In this document: positions 30,253-37,736 of the stretch, one piece after another
Layout of the letters: each line of letters opens with the position of its first letter
Position numbering within the stretch: position 1 is the first letter of the stretch
DNA from: Vicinamibacterales bacterium
GTDB lineage: Bacteria; Acidobacteriota; Vicinamibacteria; Vicinamibacterales; 2-12-FULL-66-21
Assembly: GCA_048594885.1 (NCBI GenBank)
Contig: JBMDXB010000112.1
Span: forward strand, 150,088-214,087
Length of the DNA: 64,000 nucleotides
Reading direction: 5' to 3'
Made by a program: the position numbers and the translations under genes
The notes under the pieces: generated by a model
Database searches by the model: none
The model's input: the letters and a program-made list of their open reading frames with translations, nothing else
Told to the model about the DNA's origin: nothing

Positions 30253-30767
30253 CGGGGCCGCTGCGCTGGGTCGAGCAATCGCTGACGCGACGTCACGACC
30301 GCGAGATGTTCGACTGTGGCGTCGACCCGCTCAACGAGTATCTGCGCCGTTACGCTCGGCAGAATCACGAGAGCGGCGGCGCCAAGACCTTCGTGGCAGT
30401 CGCATCCGCGACCTCGCCGACGATTCTTGGCTACTACACGATCAGTCCAGGCGCGATCGCGTTCGCAGCCACTCCGCCCTCAGTGACGAAACGACTTGGC
30501 CGATACGAGGTTCCGGTGTTTCGTCTTGGACGGCTGGCGGTCGCGACGTCCATGCAAGGGCGTGGACTCGGCGGCGACTTGCTGCTGTCAGCTGGTGCGC
30601 GGGCACTGCTGGTCGCCGGAGAGGTCGGAGGCGTCGCGCTGGCGATCGATGCCAAAGACGATCGCGCGGCCGAATGGTACGAACGGTTCGGCGCCCTGCG
30701 CCTCCTCGACGATCCCCTAAAGTTGATCCTGCCGCTTGAGACCATCGCCGCGGCTTTGAAGAAGTAA
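30249..30767 (+). CDS. GNAT-family acetyltransferase toxin (TacT/AtaT-like)
   Basis: FDCGVDPLNEYLRRYARQN, YYTISPGAI, and the acetyl-CoA loop RLAVATSMQGRGLGGDLL. Typical ~170 aa size and pairing with DUF1778. Confidence 0.85.
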   Translation: MTGPLRWVEQSLTRRHDREMFDCGVDPLNEYLRRYARQNHESGGAKTFVAVASATSPTILGYYTISPGAIAFAATPPSVTKRLGRYEVPVFRLGRLAVATSMQGRGLGGDLLLSAGARALLVAGEVGGVALAIDAKDDRAAEWYERFGALRLLDDPLKLILPLETIAAALKK

Positions 30768-30916
30768 TACCCCCCGGACGGGCTGTAGGACCACAAGCAA
30801 CTCACCGACGCTTACTTGCTGGCTCTCGCACGCCGCCGAAAGAGCCGTCTGCCGTGCGGCCGAAATCGTTCCAACACGTTGAAGTCGCACGCTGAGGTTT
30901 CTGCGCCGTGCGTTGA

Positions 30917-31582
30917 TCAACGGACCAGGTCCTTGATGCGCGTAGCCTTCGCGTGCCCGATTCCCCGAACCTGCGACAACGCGGTCTCGTCAGCTGCGAT
31001 GACGTGCTCAATCGAACCGAACTGAGAGAGTAGCCGCTCGGCCAACGCTGGGCCGACACCCGGCAGCCCCTGCAGGATGTAGAGCTTCTTCGACGACACG
31101 CGCTTCGGCTTTCGATCGTACCGCCGGAGGACTTCTCGATGCGGTTTGTTGATTTGATGCGCAAGCGCGCGCAGAATTCGCAACGAATCATCGGGATCTC
31201 TGGCGACAAGGACAGGAAGTCGCCACATGACCGCTAGCGAAGCGACTGCGCCCTGCAGCGCATGTGGATGGACGTCTGGCATCTGCTCTGGCCGTGGCCC
31301 CTCCAGCAGAATGGCGGGGCGATGCGGACTTCGAGCAAGCGCGCCGGCTTGAGGAAACAGCCGGCCGTCGGCGATCGATATCGCAAAGTCTGCGTAGGTC
31401 TTCCTCTCGACGAGGAGTGTTGCGCGCCGTTCGGAATCGTCAACGCGAAGCACACAGCGATCCGTCAACGTTTCGACCGTCAGCGTGCTGCTCAGCGGGC
31501 GCTCGACGCTTCCGTCGAGAACGGAGCCCTGTTCCGCTGCGTCTGGAGGGGAAGGCCAAAGGTCCACGGTCTGGTGAAACAA
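30917..31582 (-). CDS. ERCC4/XPF-family nuclease domain with a C-terminal (HhH)2
   Basis: Signature D...ERKxxxD is intact (VDDSERRATLLVERKTYADFAISIADGRLFPQ). The C-terminal tandem helix-hairpin-helix is LQGLPGVGPALAERLLSQFGS...LSQVRGIGHAKATRI. Confidence 0.8.
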   Translation of the reverse strand: MFHQTVDLWPSPPDAAEQGSVLDGSVERPLSSTLTVETLTDRCVLRVDDSERRATLLVERKTYADFAISIADGRLFPQAGALARSPHRPAILLEGPRPEQMPDVHPHALQGAVASLAVMWRLPVLVARDPDDSLRILRALAHQINKPHREVLRRYDRKPKRVSSKKLYILQGLPGVGPALAERLLSQFGSIEHVIAADETALSQVRGIGHAKATRIKDLVR

Positions 31583-31685
31583 CCAACGAGCGTTGCAACA
31601 TCGCTTCGGTACTTGCGCACCTCGGCATGACCTACCATCTACAACGAACGATCAACCAGGGTCCGTTGCCAGAACGGTTGGAATC

Positions 31686-32063
31686 TCATCGATGTTGAAA
31701 GTGGGCTGAGAACCCGACCCACAAGACCGCACCCTCCTCCGACCCTCCCCACAAACTGCGCTCGGCCCATGCGAGTTCACCTAACACCGCATCATCCTGT
31801 TCGTAGGCCTCAATCGGCGTCTTCGCATTCGTCGTCTTGAGCGCTTGTTCGAGGAGACGAATCTCCCGCGCAACACGGGTCACCAGGCGATCCAGGACTT
31901 TGACGTCGTAGACCGGTTCCTTGACGATCTCCTTGTCCGCCGAGGCACCGTAGAACCGCCGTTCGCGATGCGCATTATCATTACGCAGGGCCAGCAATTC
32001 TTCGTGACGCTTCTTCAGCGTCTTGAGCCAGGCCAGGCCCTCGTTAATCGTGATCTGCGCCAT
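31686..32063 (-). CDS. Hypothetical 125-aa helical protein
   Basis: ATG 6 nt after GAAGGAAGG. Heptad-like N-terminus (ITINEGLAWLKTLKKRHEELLALRNDNA). It is loosely reminiscent of the DIP1984/septicolysin-like family, but I cannot confirm that. Confidence 0.5.
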   Translation of the reverse strand: MAQITINEGLAWLKTLKKRHEELLALRNDNAHRERRFYGASADKEIVKEPVYDVKVLDRLVTRVAREIRLLEQALKTTNAKTPIEAYEQDDAVLGELAWAERSLWGGSEEGAVLWVGFSAHFQHR

Positions 32064-32397
32064 TGCTTGACCTTCCTTCACTCGACGACGACGATGGCAT
32101 CGTCGTCGAAGGGTTGTCAAGCGTTGCGGCGCGCGTAGATTCGTTTTCGAATACGAGCGTCGTTGTCAGGTCCGGTCCGAACAGTTCCAGCACGAGTTGC
32201 GGTCTGGATCCGCGTAGCGCCGCGCAGAGGCGATCGTGCAGTTGCTGAAACGGCACCGCGCATATTCGGCACGCGTAAGGACCAAGAGTGGCGAGTCGTA
32301 CTGTTAATTCGGACGCGATTAGAATTGCACAACCGGCCGTATCGTGCAGGCCGCCGGCGGGCGCTCGTGGTCTCGACAGCATCAGCCGCCGCCGCAT
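32044..32397 (-). CDS. Possible 117-aa ORF, or the 3' part of a broken longer gene
   Basis: A protein-like stretch (LHDTAGCAILIASELTVRLATLGPYACRICAVPFQQLHDRLCAAL...LVLELFGPDLTTTLVFENES) overlaps the next gene by 20 nt. Upstream protein-like pieces (NESTILLREWVEDDSFTL; an acidic linker) sit in other frames. Confidence 0.3.
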   Translation of the reverse strand: MRRRLMLSRPRAPAGGLHDTAGCAILIASELTVRLATLGPYACRICAVPFQQLHDRLCAALRGSRPQLVLELFGPDLTTTLVFENESTRAATLDNPSTTMPSSSSSEGRSSNGADHD

Positions 32398-32672
32398 GAG
32401 TGTGAGACCGACCCTCGTCTGAAGGGATTGGCTCGGTCTCCCGAGGCTCGCCGCGCGCAGATCCCAGCGCCTGCGGCGACGTGACCGACCGCTCTGAGGT
32501 GTCGGTCTCCGCCTCGCCGAACGGCGACACCTCGCTCGCGCCGTCGCCGGCCGCACCAACGTGAAGCTGTCGTCTTCCACCCACTCGCGCAGCAGAATCG
32601 TGCTCTCATTCGCGGCGCCGCGTCGTACCTGATCCCCACGATGCCAGCCGCGAGTGCCATTGGCTCGCCGCA

Positions 32673-32714
32673 CTGGACGATTTCCGCAACTGGCTCATCC
32701 GCGAAGCCGCCTAA
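32673..32714 (+). repeat. Dispersed repeat copy C (encodes ...ALDDFRNWLIREAA-stop)
   Basis: CTGGACGATTTCCGCAACTGGCTCATCCGCGAAGCCGCCTAA. No intact ORF lies upstream of it. Confidence 0.7.
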
Positions 32715-33203
32715 ACCGGCCTTGTTTCGATAGATTCGCCTTGACAACATCAGCCGCTGGATACTCGCGCAGATGTGTCACGTTGAAACGTTGAAACTTT
32801 GTAGCTTCTTTCGGTAGTCGAAATTCGCGGATATCGGGTTGCCTTGCCCGTAACGTAGCCGATCTGGTGTCAATGATACCCACTCGCATCCTTGTTTGCC
32901 TCGCCTCCATCGCTGCCAGCATCGTTGGAGTTCGACAGCCACGAATCGCGGGGCGGTCTCGCTTGGCCTCGGGTCTGAGCGCTGTAAGGGAGCGATTGCC
33001 TTTCTGTTCGGTCCGATACTCAAGACGGTGGATTTTCAGTCCCGTGTTGATCCCGATGGCATTTTGGCGAAGGACAACCGTGCCCATGCCGCAGGCGAGG
33101 ACGGAATCGTGGTGGAGATCTACCGGCAAACAGCGGCAATAGCGACGCTGGCAAGGGGCGGAGTCCTCGATACGGACATGAATCGCCCGCTCGCCCGGCG
33201 GGC

Positions 33204-33929
33204 CTACCGCGGTCCGGCCGAGGGCTCTTTCTCCTGGAGCAAGCCGAGCGCCCTGGCGTCGATCGCGATCTGGACCGGCTCGCTCCCCTTCCACGCACCG
33301 ATATGAACGTGCGGAAACCATCCGAACCCGTTGTTCCCAATCCGCGCGACCGTCTGACCCGCAACGATTCTCTGGCGGGCCTCAACCCGTGGTCCTGCAA
33401 CGTGGCCGTAGACCACTCGCATGCCGTCGGCCCTGCGGAACACGATGGAGCTGGCTCGACCCTCGCCGCGTGCTCCGGGCCTGTTGGTCACAGGGTTGAG
33501 GGAAACCTCCTCGACGACGCCATCGAACGGCGCGAAGAGCGGCGCGCCCCACGCGTACCAGTCCTCATTGGCTGCGCCGTCCCGACCATAGGCGCGCGGG
33601 AACTGGCTGGTCTGCCCGGCGTCGAAGCGGATCATCATGCAGTCCATGCCTGCGGCATCGCCCAGGATCACGGGATCTCCCTTGTGCACGGCGTGCTGCT
33701 GGCAGGTGAGCGTTTCGCGCAGGCGAAACCGATCGCTCGAGGGCGGGTGGATCGCCACGGTTGAGATCGTCTCCGGCAGCACGCCTTCACTGAACGCGCC
33801 CTTTTCAGTTACCGCCTGCGAGTGACCGGGAGTCGGTTGCGCAGAGACGACGATCAGCGCGAGAGGCAACCACCACACCCGGCGTGCCGGAGGCGTACGG
33901 TGGCCGGAACTACAAGGCTGGTCGTCCAT
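33204..33929 (-). CDS. Secreted M23/LytM-like peptidase-family protein
   Basis: AAGGAG lies before the ATG at 33929 and a signal peptide is present (WWLPLALIVVSAQP). The C-terminal block is GAPLFAPFDGVVEEV...VVYGHV...IGNNGFGWFPHVHIGAW (HxH motif). The first HxxxD zinc motif is not obvious. Confidence 0.65.
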   Translation of the reverse strand: MDDQPCSSGHRTPPARRVWWLPLALIVVSAQPTPGHSQAVTEKGAFSEGVLPETISTVAIHPPSSDRFRLRETLTCQQHAVHKGDPVILGDAAGMDCMMIRFDAGQTSQFPRAYGRDGAANEDWYAWGAPLFAPFDGVVEEVSLNPVTNRPGARGEGRASSIVFRRADGMRVVYGHVAGPRVEARQRIVAGQTVARIGNNGFGWFPHVHIGAWKGSEPVQIAIDARALGLLQEKEPSAGPR

Positions 33930-34279
33930 CGACACTCCTTTCGGGACAGCGGCCGGACCGGTCACGGCGCAACCGGGCCACGGCAACATCAATACGACGC
34001 TCAGGGGCGTCAGATGGTCGGATGCCCCCTGTCGGAGACCTTCGAGCACAAGGACTGCCGGGGCGGGTGCGCCGTCGAAGATCGAAACTCCGTCAGGAAT
34101 CTGAGAAGCTCCGTGAGCAAACGGTCGCGCCCGCTTCGGCCCTGTCGAGGTGTGTTCCACTGACCAGCGATTTGCAGTTTCGAAATCTTCACGCTAAGCG
34201 CGTCTTAGGCGCGAGTGCCATGTCAGGAGGTCGTTGTCGCCCCGCCATCTACCCAGCGAGTTCGTCGAATGGCCATGGG

Positions 34280-35161
34280 TTACTGGCTCCTGAACGGCCG
34301 GCCAATGCTCCGCGCCGCCGCCACCGCGACCAGTGCCTGGGCGATACGCATGGCGGCCGCCCGAACTTCACCACGTGTGTCGATGCAAGGATCGTATGCC
34401 GTCAGCGCCGCTGCCTCGATTCGCAGCGCCCTCCCCGCGGCCGCGATCCCTTCCAGCAGGCTGTCGAGCGTGACTCCGTCTCGCACGGCGAATGGGTTCG
34501 CACAGCCCTCGCGCGGATCGAGCACGTCCAGATCCACGTGCACGTAGGCACGCTCCGACGCGGAACTGACGGAAGCGAGGACATGACCCAGCGCGCCGGG
34601 CACGTCGCACGCAGCGACCGTGAGCATCTTAGAGCGCGCGAGTGCCTCCGATTCGAGCGCATCCACGTCGCGAGCGCCTGCAAGGCAGATCGCCGACTCG
34701 GGGACGGGCGTGAAGCCCGGCACCGTGCGCGTCAGCTCGCGCCAGCAGCGCCCCGTGAGCGTGGCGAGTGCCATGCCGTCCAGGAACCCGCTTGTCGTCG
34801 TCTCGGGAGTATTGAAATCGCCGTGTGCATCGAACCAGAGAACCGCCGTGCCTCTCCCGCCGCCGAGGCCCGCGACCGTCCCGATGGCCGTGTTGCAGTT
34901 GCCCGCGAGCACCAGCGGGAACCGGCGCGCGCCGCAGGCAGTTCGCACGGCGTCGGCGAGACCGGCCATCAACCCAAATGCGATCGCGATCTCGCCTCGC
35001 AAGGCATTTCGCGGCTCGACGATCGTACTCGCGACGACGGGGTGACCGAGCCGTGCCAGCGCGGCTTCGAGTCCACCCGCGATGAGATGCGTGGGGCCGG
35101 CGCCCATCCCCGAATCACGGCGCCCGGAGTCGTAAGGAACGGTAATCAGCTCAACTTCCAC
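34280..35161 (-). CDS. Arginase-family hydrolase (arginase/agmatinase/formimidoylglutamase type)
   Basis: Mn-binding blocks are present: WFDAHGDFNTP, GMALA, and VHVDLDVLDP. Confidence 0.85.
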   Translation of the reverse strand: MEVELITVPYDSGRRDSGMGAGPTHLIAGGLEAALARLGHPVVASTIVEPRNALRGEIAIAFGLMAGLADAVRTACGARRFPLVLAGNCNTAIGTVAGLGGGRGTAVLWFDAHGDFNTPETTTSGFLDGMALATLTGRCWRELTRTVPGFTPVPESAICLAGARDVDALESEALARSKMLTVAACDVPGALGHVLASVSSASERAYVHVDLDVLDPREGCANPFAVRDGVTLDSLLEGIAAAGRALRIEAAALTAYDPCIDTRGEVRAAAMRIAQALVAVAAARSIGRPFRSQ

Positions 35162-35301
35162 GGGATGCTCGAGACCAAGATTCGTACAGCGGACCCTCGT
35201 CCGAGCTTATCAGGAATCTCACGGAGGACCAGGCAACTCCGACGGGCGCGAGACAGATCGGGGCGGGCATCGAAGAAGACGCTCGAGGCGAGGCGAGAAG
35301 G

Positions 35302-36213
35302 TCAGGCGGAACTGTTCGAAACGTTCGATCCGGAGCGCTTCTCTGCATAGCTGATTCGCTCGACTTCCGAAACTGGAAGATCACGGCCGGTCGGTTCGAC
35401 GTACTTCGACGCAAGTTCGCTACCGACCTGCTCACACTCGACCCACCCGTAGTCCTTGAGAAGCGTACCCACAGCCGCAGGTGGAATTCCGAAGTGCCAC
35501 ACCCGATACCCAAGCACGAATTGCTGATAGATCTTCTCGGCGCCGAAGAAGTTCGTTCCGTCGAGAAAGTCTTTGCGCACGAATGTGAAGACAAGGCGGC
35601 TTCGTTCGGCTGCCGTCGAGAGAAACGCGAGCGTCCTGCGGACGCCGGCCTCCGTCAGATACTGCGTCACGGCCTCCCAGACGAACATGGCCGGTCGCTG
35701 AATGCGGAACCCGCGTGCCGCAAGGCTCTCTCCGAGATCATCGGTCTCGAAATCAATTGGGACGAGGGTGACGTGCTCAGGCACGCGACCGTACAGAGCT
35801 TCCAACCGTGCGCGCTTGTAGGCGACATTCGCCGGCAGATCGATTTCGTAAGTATGGGTGCCCGTCGGCGCGATGAGTCGGTAGGCTCGCGTATCCAGCC
35901 CCGCGCCGAGGATGACGACGGCGTCGACACCAGCCTCAGTGGCCTGTACGACCTTTTCGTCGATATATCGTTTTCGACACCCCATGCCCGCCCACACGCC
36001 AGGCGCCCTTTTCTCAGTCGTGCGGATGAGGAGGTCGCGAATGGACTGCCAGCGACATGCGCGGACGATGAGCCGCAAACCGGGCGGAAGGAACCTGCAA
36101 GCCAGTTCGTCGTCAATCAGGCGGCGCCCACGAGGAACGTGCTGTTCGCAGGCGACAATCACCATCGGACCGAAAGCGGTCTGCGCGGCCGGCGGGCGCT
36201 TCGCCATGCTCAC
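35302..36213 (-). CDS. SAM-dependent O-methyltransferase (leucine-carboxyl-methyltransferase / TIGR00027-like)
   Basis: TAFGPMVIVACEQ, DELACRFLP, YIDEKV, VVILGAGLDTRAYRL, YEIDLPANVAYK. Confidence 0.8.
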   Translation of the reverse strand: MSMAKRPPAAQTAFGPMVIVACEQHVPRGRRLIDDELACRFLPPGLRLIVRACRWQSIRDLLIRTTEKRAPGVWAGMGCRKRYIDEKVVQATEAGVDAVVILGAGLDTRAYRLIAPTGTHTYEIDLPANVAYKRARLEALYGRVPEHVTLVPIDFETDDLGESLAARGFRIQRPAMFVWEAVTQYLTEAGVRRTLAFLSTAAERSRLVFTFVRKDFLDGTNFFGAEKIYQQFVLGYRVWHFGIPPAAVGTLLKDYGWVECEQVGSELASKYVEPTGRDLPVSEVERISYAEKRSGSNVSNSSA

Positions 36214-36359
36214 CTCTCCTGCCGATCACCGATGGATGGCGGGGGCGGTGCGTCGGCGAAGACCTTCTGCATCCAGGTGAACATGTCGTGTGCGGCGCGG
36301 ATTCGCGCCGCGCGTTTCACCGACGGGCCAACCAGCGCCAGCCCCTCGCGGGTGGTCCA

Positions 36360-36920
36360 TGCGGCAATACGTATGTTCGCGAGGAGGAGCTAGTTCGGCA
36401 GTTCGGCGAGATTCTGAAGCAAATCCGCATCCCACACGAACTCGCCGGGAAGCTCGCGACAGTACTTCGGGAGAGCCAGACCGACAAGGAGAAGTCTGTC
36501 CGCACATCCATGCTCCGGCTACAGCAACAACAGATATTGCTGCGCTCCAAGCTCGATCGTGTGTACGAGGACCGTCTGAGCGACGTGATCTCAGACGAAC
36601 TGTGGACCACGAAGTCGGCGGAGCTACAGGAGGAACTTCGGAGAGTGCGAACCGAGATGGAGCGTCACGAAGGCGCGAGCCAGGCGTACGAGACGGCGGG
36701 GCTCAAGATTCTAGAACTCGCGCAAAGTGCCTATTCGTCGTATGTTACGAAAGATTCGCGCGAACAGGCGCGTCTCGTGAAAACAGTTGTATCGAACTCC
36801 ACGTTCGATCGCGGAAGTCTTTCGCCGACTTACATTAAGCCGTTCGACGTACTGGCGAATCGTGGAAAAACTGGAGATTGGCTCCTCGGGCTGGACTCGA
36901 ACCAGCAACCCTCCGGTTAA
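36360..36920 (+). pseudogene. C-terminal remnant of a large serine recombinase (end of the zinc ribbon plus the coiled coil)
   Basis: CGNTYVREEELVRQFGEILKQIRIP...LRLQQQQILLRSKLDRVYEDRLSDVISDELW...LQEELRRVRTEMER...SREQARLVKTVVSNSTFDRGSLSPTYIKPF. The ~350-aa catalytic and recombinase domains are absent, because the upstream sequence is the 5' end of the methyltransferase gene. The ORF tail runs antisense into the tRNA. Confidence 0.7.
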
Positions 36921-36953
36921 CAGCCGGATGCTCTGCCATTGAGCTACCGAGGA
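36879..36953 (-). tRNA. tRNA-Asn (anticodon GTT), CCA encoded
   Basis: Reverse complement TCCTCGGTAGCTCAATGGCAGAGCATCCGGCTGTTAACCGGAGGGTTGCTGGTTCGAGTCCAGCCCGAGGAGCCA folds by hand into a cloverleaf: 7-bp acceptor, GCTC/GAGC D stem, TCCGG/CCGGA anticodon stem with loop CTGTTAA, and GCTGG/CCAGC T stem. Confidence 0.95.
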
Positions 36954-36987
36954 TCAGCAGCGCGGCCGCGCTACGGGAAGAAAGGGT

Positions 36988-37016
36988 AGTTTACCCCGCC
37001 GACGGCGCGGCCGCAA
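36988..37016 (-). promoter_or_regulatory. Candidate sigma-70-type promoter for tRNA-Asn
   Basis: On the minus strand: TTGCGG-17 nt-TAAACT, ending ~35 nt upstream of the tRNA 5' end. Confidence 0.3.
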
Positions 37017-37059
37017 ATCGAATGCTGCCTGCGGCACCTGAGTCTCAGCGACACAGTCG

Positions 37060-37179
37060 GGCAATCACGACCGATCGCAATCCTCAATCGCCAATCCATT
37101 CACCAATCGCCAATCCCAATCCCCAATCGACAATCCGCAATCCCAATCCGCAATCGACGACCGGCAATCCGCAATCGAT
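37060..37179. repeat. Tandem array of ~15 imperfect 6-7-nt units CAATC(C/G)N (GATTG on the minus strand)
   Basis: caatcct caatcgc caatcc.. caatcgc caatccc aatcccc aatcgac aatccgc aatccc aatccg caatcg.. caatccg caatcg, filling the gap between the osmC stop and the tRNA promoter region. Confidence 0.8.
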
Positions 37180-37620
37180 CTAGCGTGCCTCCGCTTCGAC
37201 GTCGACCTGCATCGTGCCGCGCAACGCGTTGGAGATCGGGCACTTGCCTTCCGCCTCGCGCGCGACCTCGGCGAACTGGCCCGCCTCGAGCCCCTTCAGC
37301 CCCTCGGCAACGACCTTCAACTTCGACGTCGTCAGCTTGATGCCGGCCTCCCCCTTGTCCGCCGTGACGGTGGCCGTGACCACGGTCCGCGCGGCGCTGG
37401 CGTTCTTGCGGCCGAGCGTGGCGTTGAGCGCCATCGCGTAGCACGCCGCGTGCGACGCCGCCATCAACTCCTCCGGGCTCGTGTGCCCCTCCGGCTCGCC
37501 GATGCGTGCCGGGAACGTCACCGGGAGATTGAACGCGCCGGTGCCCGCCTTCGCCGTGCCCTTGCCCTCCATGATCGGCCCAGACCAGTCAACCGTCACA
37601 CTTCGAGAGAATGTCGCCAT
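37180..37620 (-). CDS. osmC: OsmC-family peroxiredoxin
   Basis: Typical OsmC sequence with both conserved Cys contexts (ASHAACYAMAL and GKCPISNAL). 146 aa. Confidence 0.9.
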   Translation of the reverse strand: MATFSRSVTVDWSGPIMEGKGTAKAGTGAFNLPVTFPARIGEPEGHTSPEELMAASHAACYAMALNATLGRKNASAARTVVTATVTADKGEAGIKLTTSKLKVVAEGLKGLEAGQFAEVAREAEGKCPISNALRGTMQVDVEAEAR

Positions 37621-37692
37621 GCTGTGTCTCCTGTCTCACGCGTTCGCTTCCGCTGAAGCGAAAGTCTCATCAAGATCTCTCTCTCGAGCACC

Positions 37693-37736
37693 CCGGACCA
37701 CTCGGCCCACTCGGCCCCTCGGACTACTCGGACTAC
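37693..37736. repeat. Short tandem array of 8-9-nt units (A/C)CTCGG(C/A)C
   Basis: ccggacca ctcggccca ctcggcccc tcggacta ctcggacta, between the DUF4203 stop and the osmC start. Confidence 0.6.

Larger units (their letters stand above)
29686..36953. mobile_element. Decayed integrative genomic island at tRNA-Asn (~7.2 kb)
   Basis: It is bounded by the intact tRNA and the 45-bp direct repeat. It contains a TA module, an ERCC4 nuclease module, A/T-richer DNA (about 30.9-33.2 kb), and a truncated serine recombinase next to the tRNA. Confidence 0.65.

Noticed and set aside
32238-32256. A possible inverted partial copy (CAGTTGCTGAAACGGCAC) of the dispersed repeat, ~400 bp from copy C, which would suggest a MITE with terminal inverted repeats.
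   Set aside because: It matches only about 60-65 percent by eye over 17-30 nt and lies in a protein-like stretch. That is not distinguishable from chance without a proper alignment score.
32867-33142. A 91-aa plus-strand ORF with a signal-peptide-like start (MIPTRILVCLASIAASIVGV).
   Set aside because: The rest of the translation is basic and low-complexity, with no ribosome-binding site and A/T-rich third positions. It is probably a chance ORF in decayed island DNA.
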